From the NCBI GenBank assembly GCA_903932535.1, contig CAIZGR010000666.1, positions 798 through 64,797 of the forward strand: 64,000 nt of DNA, in the 5' to 3' direction. Position numbers and translations under genes: made by a program. This document shows, piece after piece, positions 58,184 to 64,000 of the stretch (positions within the stretch are counted from its first letter, which is position 1; each line of letters begins with the position of its first letter). The stretch comes from an uncultured Hyphomicrobiales bacterium. GTDB lineage: Bacteria > Pseudomonadota > Alphaproteobacteria > Rhizobiales > Beijerinckiaceae. The notes below the pieces were generated by a model that did no database searches, had not been told where the DNA came from, and was given only the letters and a program-made list of their open reading frames with translations.

Positions 58184-59550
58184 TCCGGAAGATCACTCTC
58201 GCGCTCTCATTCGCGCTCTCATTGCTTCTCGCCGCGGTCGCGCCGGCCGCAGCTCAGTTCGCCGATCAGGCGACCTACGCCGGCGCCGGCGGCGGGACGG
58301 CGAACGCTCAGACGCTCGCGCTCGCGAACGCGAGCTCATACGCAGACCTCGTCGGCGTCGTCGTCAAATACGTCCCGACCGCGACGAACACCGGGCCCGC
58401 GAGCCTGACCGTGAACGGCTTCGGTTCTTCGCCCGCGTTCCGGAAGCCGACCGGCTCCGGCGTGGGGGCGCTTACCGGCGGAGAGATCGCGTCCGGCCAG
58501 CCGACCTACGTCATGTACGACGGCACGTTCTTCAACTTGGTGTCGCCAACGTCCCTTCCCGTCGGCGCAGGTTCGCTTCAGAACTCTGCGCTCGGATTCG
58601 ACATGCCGGTCAATCTTCGGATCTCCGCTACCGTCGCCACGAACGCGCTCACGCTCGCCATCAAGGGAATCGATGGCAATGATCCGAGCGCGACCAACCC
58701 GGTGATCGTTCCGTTCCGCGACGTGACCATCGCGAGCGGAGCTCCGTCCGTCGTTTCGATCGCCGGCGCTCTGAGTTTCACGATCAACTCGACGAGCACG
58801 ATGGGATGCGTCAGCGGGCAGATGTGCCGTCTTTGGGTCGTCTTGATCAACAACGGGGGGACCGCCGGGCTGTGCGCCTTCAACGCGCTGAGCGGAACGT
58901 CGATCGCGCCGATCAACGAAGCGGCCCTTCAAACGAGCGCCAGCGGGACGAGCGGCGGGAGCTCGGCGCAGACCTACTACTGCAACATCTCGGCGGTGAC
59001 GGCCAAATCCATCAGGATCGTCGGCTACGTCGAGATTCAGGAAGTGACCGCCGGAACTTGGGCGACCGGGCCGACCTACGTTCAGCTCTTCGGCCCCGGA
59101 ATCAAAAAGCCGGGCGAAACTGTTCAGTCGATCTACTACACCACGACGACGCCGGGGACGACCACGGCGGCCAGTCTCACGACGCTCACGACGTCACCTT
59201 CGGTCGCGATCGTGCCGACGTCGGCCGCGAATTTAATTCGCACTTTCACCGCGGGGACGTTCGGGTCCGGCGGCGGTGACTTCGTTCTTCAAATCCAGAA
59301 CGGATCGACGTTGATCGGCGTCCCGGCCAAAGCAACCTCGGGCGCCGCAGTCCCTGTGTCTCTGATGGCCCGCGACGTCCCGAACACGACGAGCTCCGTC
59401 ACCTACAGCTTCAAGGGAGCGACCAACACCGGGACGGTCTCGTTCCCCGTAGCGGGAACTGGCATGACGATGGAAGCGATCGAGATCATGAGCTTCTTGC
59501 CGTCGCCGGCGAACGATGACGGCACGTTCGATGCACGGGCGGTCGGCTAA
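58180..59550 (+). CDS. Fibre-like protein with Sec-type signal peptide (456 aa)
   Basis: MIRKITLALSFALSLLLAAVAPAAAQF. Thr/Ser/Gly-rich beta-type composition. ATGA overlap. Confidence 0.6.
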   Translation: MIRKITLALSFALSLLLAAVAPAAAQFADQATYAGAGGGTANAQTLALANASSYADLVGVVVKYVPTATNTGPASLTVNGFGSSPAFRKPTGSGVGALTGGEIASGQPTYVMYDGTFFNLVSPTSLPVGAGSLQNSALGFDMPVNLRISATVATNALTLAIKGIDGNDPSATNPVIVPFRDVTIASGAPSVVSIAGALSFTINSTSTMGCVSGQMCRLWVVLINNGGTAGLCAFNALSGTSIAPINEAALQTSASGTSGGSSAQTYYCNISAVTAKSIRIVGYVEIQEVTAGTWATGPTYVQLFGPGIKKPGETVQSIYYTTTTPGTTTAASLTTLTTSPSVAIVPTSAANLIRTFTAGTFGSGGGDFVLQIQNGSTLIGVPAKATSGAAVPVSLMARDVPNTTSSVTYSFKGATNTGTVSFPVAGTGMTMEAIEIMSFLPSPANDDGTFDARAVG

Positions 59551-59565
59551 AAAGGAATCGCGGTC

Positions 59566-59877
59566 ATGGCAGCAGAACCCGTCACGCCGGTCGCCGGCAC
59601 GAACTCGGTGGTCGCCGCCGGCGGAACTGCCGTGCAGGCGGCTCCGGCGGCGCCGAACGGCGGGTTTATAACCAACCCGGCTTCGGCCGTCGACCAAGGG
59701 ATCGCCGACGCCGAGACGCTCTATGTCGACCCGGTCGGAGCTGCCGATGTCCAAGCGAACGGGACGACGTTCGCTCTCGCGCCCGGGCAGTCATGGTCGC
59801 TGATTCCGGGACAAACGACGACGACGACGGTCAACGCCGCCTCGGCCGGTCACAAGTTCTCCGTCGTCGTTTACTAG
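59566..59877 (+). CDS. Stand-alone copy of the about 95-aa domain found at the N-terminus of 56467..57540
   Basis: ORF track. RBS AAGGAA. Ends VNAASAGHKFSVVVY. Confidence 0.55.
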   Translation: MAAEPVTPVAGTNSVVAAGGTAVQAAPAAPNGGFITNPASAVDQGIADAETLYVDPVGAADVQANGTTFALAPGQSWSLIPGQTTTTTVNAASAGHKFSVVVY

Positions 59878-59887
59878 GAGCGCGTCC

Positions 59888-62497
59888 ATGAAGAAGCTCG
59901 TCCTCTCGATCCTGTTCGCCCTCGGCGCGACGGCCGCCCTCGCTCAGGGTCCGGGACCTGGGCCCGGCCCGGGACCGACGCCGGACCCGTGGGTCGTCAA
60001 CGGCTCCGCGATCTCGTACAACGGCTGCGTCGTCGTCCCGGCCTCCGTGAACGGGGGCTGCAAGGGCAACGGCACGCTGAACGCCAGGGTGCTCTACCAG
60101 GCCGGGTTCGCCGTCCTCTCCACCGACCTCGCCAACGGCCGAATCCTCGTCGGCAACGGCTCGGGCGTGGCGACCGCGGTCGTTCCGTCCGGCGACCTGA
60201 CGATGACGAACGCCGGGGCCTTCTCGATCGCTGCGAACGCGGTCACGAACGCGAAGCTCGCCCAGGCCGCGGCGGTCACGCTCAAGGGCAACCCGACGAA
60301 CGCGACGGCCGACGTTCAGGACTTCACGATCTCCGGGCTGACCGATATCGGCAGCCCGAACACCACGCTCGACTTCCTGCTCATCTGGGACCACACGGCC
60401 GGCACCCTCAAGAAGGTCACGCCATCCGCCGTCACCGGCGGTGCCGCGATCACCGCTCTAACCGGCGACGTCACCGCCACCGGGCCGGGTTCGGCCGCCG
60501 CGACCATCGCGGCGAATGTCGTTACCTACGCGAAATTCCAGCAGGTCGCGGCCGTCTCGCTCGTCGGCAACGCAACCGGCTCGCTGGCCAACGCGGCTGG
60601 GATTACGCTCGGCGCCACGCTGGCTTTCTCCGGGTCCGCGCTGCAAACGGCTGCGCATACCGGCGATGTAACAACCTCGGCCAATAGCTTCGTCACGACC
60701 CTCGCGACTGCGCAGCCTGCGGTTCATACTTGGGCGCTGGCGCAGACGTTCACCGTTGCTCCGGTGTACACCGATCAGTCAGGGACGCGCACTGCGCTCG
60801 GCCTCGGCACGATGGCGACGCAGGCCGCATCATCTGTTGCCATAACAGGCGGCACGATAGCCGGGCTAACCGGGCTGGCGATCCGCGACACCAGCGCCGC
60901 TTTCGACGTGACAATAGCCGCAACCTCGTCGGGCGTGCTCTCGGCTGGGAGAACGCTGACGATCAATGTCGGCAATGTCGCTCACACTCTGGCGCTCGGC
61001 ACGACCGCGAACACGATCACATTCCCGAACCTCGCGTCCTACACGGTCATCACCAATGGCGATACTGGGACCGTGACGAACGCGATGCTGGCGAACTCCA
61101 GTCTGACCGTAAACGGAACGTCGATTGCGCTTGGGGCCAGCGGCACCGTGACGGCCGCTGCGGGCACTTTGACCGGGACCACGCTTAACGCGACTGTCGT
61201 CACGGCGTCTTTGACCACGGTTGGCACTATCGGGACCGGCGTGTGGCAGGGGACGGCGGTTGCCGGAGGCTTCGGCGGCACCAACCAGACGACCTACACC
61301 AAGGGCGACCTGCTGGTGACGCCCGGATCGACCACGATCAACAAGCTGGCGGTCGGCACCGACGGGTTCCTACTGACGGCCGACGCGGCTTCTACGAATG
61401 GCGTGAAGTGGGCGGCGGCCGGCGTCGCTGCTGCGGGCACACTGACTGGCGCTACGCTGGCCGCAAACGTGCTGGCTTCGTCGCTGACTTCCGTTGGCAC
61501 TTTGAGTTCGTTAAACTTGGGCGGGGCTCTTACTTACGGCGGCGTGACATTCGCCAATTCCGTCACCGGCTCTGGGTCTCTGCCCGGCTCGATCAGCCCG
61601 ACGTTCACCGGGACATTGAACGCGGCGGTATTCGTCAATAGCGGCAATGCTAGTTTAGGCAACTCCTCAATGTTTGTCAGTCCTATTGGCTACACCCAAT
61701 TCTTCCAGTCGGCGAATGGAGGCCCGCTTATTGGCTTTTCAACCAATCCCGGCGTGACGTTGGCCGACACTGGCTGGGTACGCCCCGCTGCGGCAATGAT
61801 CCAGCAAGGCGACATTGACAAAGACACAAACGCTCTGATCGTCGCGCAGACCTACCGCACGCAGGGCTTAATAGCCGGTGGAACGAGCAACCAGGCAGGC
61901 AAGAACTTCACCCTCATTGTAAGCCCCGGCAAGGGGACCGGCGCTGGCGGATCGTTCATCGTGCAGACCGCGCCCGCCGGATCGACCGGGACATCGGTCA
62001 ACACGCCCGTGACCGCGCTGACCATCGACAGCGCGGCGCTCGCCACCTTCGCCGGGCAGATCGCCGTCACCGCCATGACGCAAACCTCGGCGGCTCAGTC
62101 CGGCACGATGTGCTATAACGTGTCTGGTGCCATCACCTATGATGCAACGCTTGGCTGCCTTGCTTCGACCATGCGCGTGAAAAAGGACTGGCACGAGATA
62201 GGCCCGGAAGCGGCCTTGGCCGCCGTCCTAGAAATGCGTCCAGGTTCGTTCAACTACATCGAAGGCATGGGGCTGCCTGATGGTGAGCAAATCGGCTTAG
62301 CCGCTGAGCAGATGGAAAAAGTCGATGCTAGGCTTGTTGGCTATAACAACGCCGGGCAGCTAATGGGCGTCCGCTACCAACAGGCCAGCGCGCTGTATCC
62401 TGCCGCCATTCGCGCGCTCAAGGCCGACAACGACAATCTCCGCGCGGCGAACGACAACCTGCTGCTTCGCGTGCAGCGACTTGAGAGGAACCGATGA
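59888..62497 (+). CDS. Long tail fibre with C-terminal intramolecular chaperone (peptidase S74-like) domain and N-terminal signal-peptide-like leader
   Basis: MKKLVLSILFALGATAALAQ followed by a (GP)5 linker. Internal repeats AAAGTLTG.TL.A.V..SLT.VGT. C-terminal STMRVKKDWHEI..AL..VLEMRPGSFNY...GLAAEQMEKVD...coiled coil. Confidence 0.8.
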   Translation: MKKLVLSILFALGATAALAQGPGPGPGPGPTPDPWVVNGSAISYNGCVVVPASVNGGCKGNGTLNARVLYQAGFAVLSTDLANGRILVGNGSGVATAVVPSGDLTMTNAGAFSIAANAVTNAKLAQAAAVTLKGNPTNATADVQDFTISGLTDIGSPNTTLDFLLIWDHTAGTLKKVTPSAVTGGAAITALTGDVTATGPGSAAATIAANVVTYAKFQQVAAVSLVGNATGSLANAAGITLGATLAFSGSALQTAAHTGDVTTSANSFVTTLATAQPAVHTWALAQTFTVAPVYTDQSGTRTALGLGTMATQAASSVAITGGTIAGLTGLAIRDTSAAFDVTIAATSSGVLSAGRTLTINVGNVAHTLALGTTANTITFPNLASYTVITNGDTGTVTNAMLANSSLTVNGTSIALGASGTVTAAAGTLTGTTLNATVVTASLTTVGTIGTGVWQGTAVAGGFGGTNQTTYTKGDLLVTPGSTTINKLAVGTDGFLLTADAASTNGVKWAAAGVAAAGTLTGATLAANVLASSLTSVGTLSSLNLGGALTYGGVTFANSVTGSGSLPGSISPTFTGTLNAAVFVNSGNASLGNSSMFVSPIGYTQFFQSANGGPLIGFSTNPGVTLADTGWVRPAAAMIQQGDIDKDTNALIVAQTYRTQGLIAGGTSNQAGKNFTLIVSPGKGTGAGGSFIVQTAPAGSTGTSVNTPVTALTIDSAALATFAGQIAVTAMTQTSAAQSGTMCYNVSGAITYDATLGCLASTMRVKKDWHEIGPEAALAAVLEMRPGSFNYIEGMGLPDGEQIGLAAEQMEKVDARLVGYNNAGQLMGVRYQQASALYPAAIRALKADNDNLRAANDNLLLRVQRLERNR

Positions 62498-62820
62498 TAA
62501 AAACAGCAGCTTTGATAATGCTCTTGGTCACGACCATGGCCGTTCAGGCAAAGAGCGGATCGATTACCGTGACGGTTGTTCAAAGCAGTCAAGCGAACGC
62601 CACAAAAACATTTACATTTGTAGATACCGACATCGACCGCATCATCGCTGCAAATCAGTCCGGCGCAAATACCAGCGTCAATGGAACAGCCACGCGCGCT
62701 CAGGTATTATTGTTCATCATGAACCAGTGGATAGCGACGTTGGGCGGCGGCGTTGGTAACTACGAGACGCAGAAAGCCAAGGACGCCATCGTCGCGCCTG
62801 CGCCGATCAACCCGCAGTAA
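62494..62820 (+). CDS. Small secreted protein (108 aa)
   Basis: Signal peptide MIKTAALIMLLVTTMAVQA. Lower GC. ATG behind GAGAGGAACCG. ATGA overlap. Confidence 0.55.
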   Translation: MIKTAALIMLLVTTMAVQAKSGSITVTVVQSSQANATKTFTFVDTDIDRIIAANQSGANTSVNGTATRAQVLLFIMNQWIATLGGGVGNYETQKAKDAIVAPAPINPQ

Positions 62821-62827
62821 CCTGACC

Positions 62828-63733
62828 ATGGCCGCGCACCCGTTCCCGGCTCTCGCCCCCGAATACGCGTCCTGGGTGGCCAACTGCCGGCCGCTGCCGT
62901 CGCGCGTCGCCGAGATCGACAAGGTCGCGCGCCGGCTGACGGCACCGGCCGCGCTCACCCGGCTTGACCGCGTCCGCGAGGCAACCCGGATTCCGGTCGT
63001 TGTCCAGGCGACCATCGGCGAGCGCGAGTGCGGATTTAACTTCGCGAAGAATTGGGGCCAGGGCGACCCGCTGACGCGGCCGTCGATCCACGTCCCGAAG
63101 GGAAGGCCGCCGCTCGGACCGCCGCCGAACGACCGTTTCCCGGTGTCGTGGGAATACGCCGCGATCGACGCGTTCACGGTCTGCGACCGGCTAGACGTAA
63201 ACTCGGCGCCTTGGTCCCTCGCTTACGCATGTTTTAAGTGGGAGTTCTATAACGGCGGAGGCTACCGCGCGCATGGTCTCCGGACGCCTTACGTCGTCGG
63301 GGGGACCAACCTCCAGCAGGCCGGAAAGTACGTCGCCGACGGCGTGTTCCAGACGAAGAGGCCGGACGGTTCTCCGCTGTTCGACTCGCAGCTCGGGTGC
63401 CTGCCGGTCGCGCTGCGGATGATCGAACTTGTGCCGGACCTCGCCTTCGGCCGCGCGCTCGCCGTTGCTGCGCCCGCGCTCGTCCCCGCCGTTACGCCGT
63501 TGCCGATCGGCGTCGGCGGCTCGCTGACCGGAACAAAGTGGTTCCAGTACTCCGCGAACATGATTCTGGCGCGCGACCCGCCGCTGCTCATCGACGGCAG
63601 CTTCGGCAAGCTGACCCGCGACGCCTGCCGCGATCTCGAAGCCTTGTTCGGCCTGCCGGTCGATGGTTTAATCGACGACGAGTTGTGCAAGGCCATCGAC
63701 GCCCGTCTTGCGGCGATGAAGCCGAACGCGTAG
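62828..63733 (+). CDS. Endolysin: lysozyme-family N-domain + peptidoglycan-binding (PG_binding_1) C-domain
   Basis: IGERECGFNF and WEFYNGGGYR patterns. C-terminal LLIDGSFGKLTRDACRDLEALFGLPVDGLIDDELCKAI. Confidence 0.7.
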   Translation: MAAHPFPALAPEYASWVANCRPLPSRVAEIDKVARRLTAPAALTRLDRVREATRIPVVVQATIGERECGFNFAKNWGQGDPLTRPSIHVPKGRPPLGPPPNDRFPVSWEYAAIDAFTVCDRLDVNSAPWSLAYACFKWEFYNGGGYRAHGLRTPYVVGGTNLQQAGKYVADGVFQTKRPDGSPLFDSQLGCLPVALRMIELVPDLAFGRALAVAAPALVPAVTPLPIGVGGSLTGTKWFQYSANMILARDPPLLIDGSFGKLTRDACRDLEALFGLPVDGLIDDELCKAIDARLAAMKPNA

Positions 63734-63770
63734 AAAGAACCGACCGACGCGCCCCTGTGGAGAAGAACCG

Positions 63771-64000
63771 ATGGCAAACGGCGACCCAACTCCGCTCGAT
63801 CCTACAGCGATACAGAACACCGGCTGGATGAGCGACGTGCAGCGCGTTTTGGCGCTCATCCTGATCGTGTGCATTGGCGTGGCCATGCTGTTGGCGACCT
63901 TCCGGGTGGTTTGGTCCGGTGACTCTGCCCCTGACTCGGTCGCGGACATGGCGAAAACGCTGCAGGCGGCCATGGTCAACATGGGACTCATCGCGCTCGG
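63771..64000 (+). CDS. Holin/membrane protein candidate, 3' partial
   Basis: ATG behind a perfect GGAGAAGAACCG. TM segment VLALILIVCIGVAMLLATF. Runs off the window end. Confidence 0.5.
   Translation, partial: MANGDPTPLDPTAIQNTGWMSDVQRVLALILIVCIGVAMLLATFRVVWSGDSAPDSVADMAKTLQAAMVNMGLIAL

Noticed and set aside
59948-59980. Short tandem GGNCCN repeat
   Set aside because: It is the coding sequence of a (Gly-Pro)5 linker in the fibre protein. It is not a CRISPR or a non-coding repeat.
56467-62497. Diversity-generating retroelement (TR/VR pair) in the fibre genes
   Set aside because: There is no reverse transcriptase in the window and no adenine-specific mismatch pattern. The repeated segment is a diverged protein-domain paralogue.
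1-64000. Integrase, att sites, IS elements, tRNA genes, CRISPR arrays
   Set aside because: I could recognise none of these. The prophage ends presumably lie outside this window, so nothing was annotated.

Overview
The whole 64-kb window reads as one contiguous, very high-GC (about two-thirds G+C by eye, not computed) temperate contractile-tail prophage or phage genome. The host is probably an alphaproteobacterium, because the window carries a GcrA homologue, a beta-class CcrM-type methyltransferase and an alphaproteobacterial-style XRE repressor. I found no rRNA, tRNA, CRISPR array, IS element or integrase.

Layout:
- 1-2.66 kb: cargo genes (CAP-domain protein, GNAT, secreted proteins).
- 13.43 to 2.36 kb: long leftward early operon. 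It holds a RecT/PD-(D/E)XK recombination pair, a LexA-DBD-like protein, a J-domain protein, a 588-aa ParB-like protein, a methylase-fold protein without a catalytic motif, an HNH-like protein and a radical SAM enzyme. Genes are joined almost everywhere by ATGA/GTGA start-stop overlaps.
- 13428-14165: a 738-bp ORF-free, helix-dense tract. This is my best candidate for something new, a large structured RNA on the minus strand.
- 15.64 to 14.17 kb: a second leftward block, followed by a divergent control region at 15.64-15.80 kb.
- 15.8-23.9 kb: rightward early operon (GcrA-like, RuvC-like, N6/N4 MTase, DUF1376 replication-type protein, two ParB-fold proteins, C5-MTase).
- 23.85-28.94 kb: a leftward antisense island (UDG-like, DUF3489-like, XRE repressor, a classical AAA+ unfoldase with unknown partners and tiny membrane peptides).
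- 29-32 kb: middle genes (CmoA-like MTase, YkgJ-like Cys-cluster protein).
- 32.2-64 kb: late operon. In order: terS, terL, a GIY-YIG insert, portal, head morphogenesis, a secreted-protein plus O-antigen-ligase moron, a Nudix-scaffold fusion, capsid, neck, sheath, tube, frameshifted chaperone, tape measure with SLT domain, baseplate, signal-peptide-bearing fibres, endolysin and holin.

Many long Arg/Gly/Pro-rich ORFs in the track are antisense or out-of-frame artefacts of the GC content and were rejected. All functional calls come from motif recognition by eye, and no database search was run.
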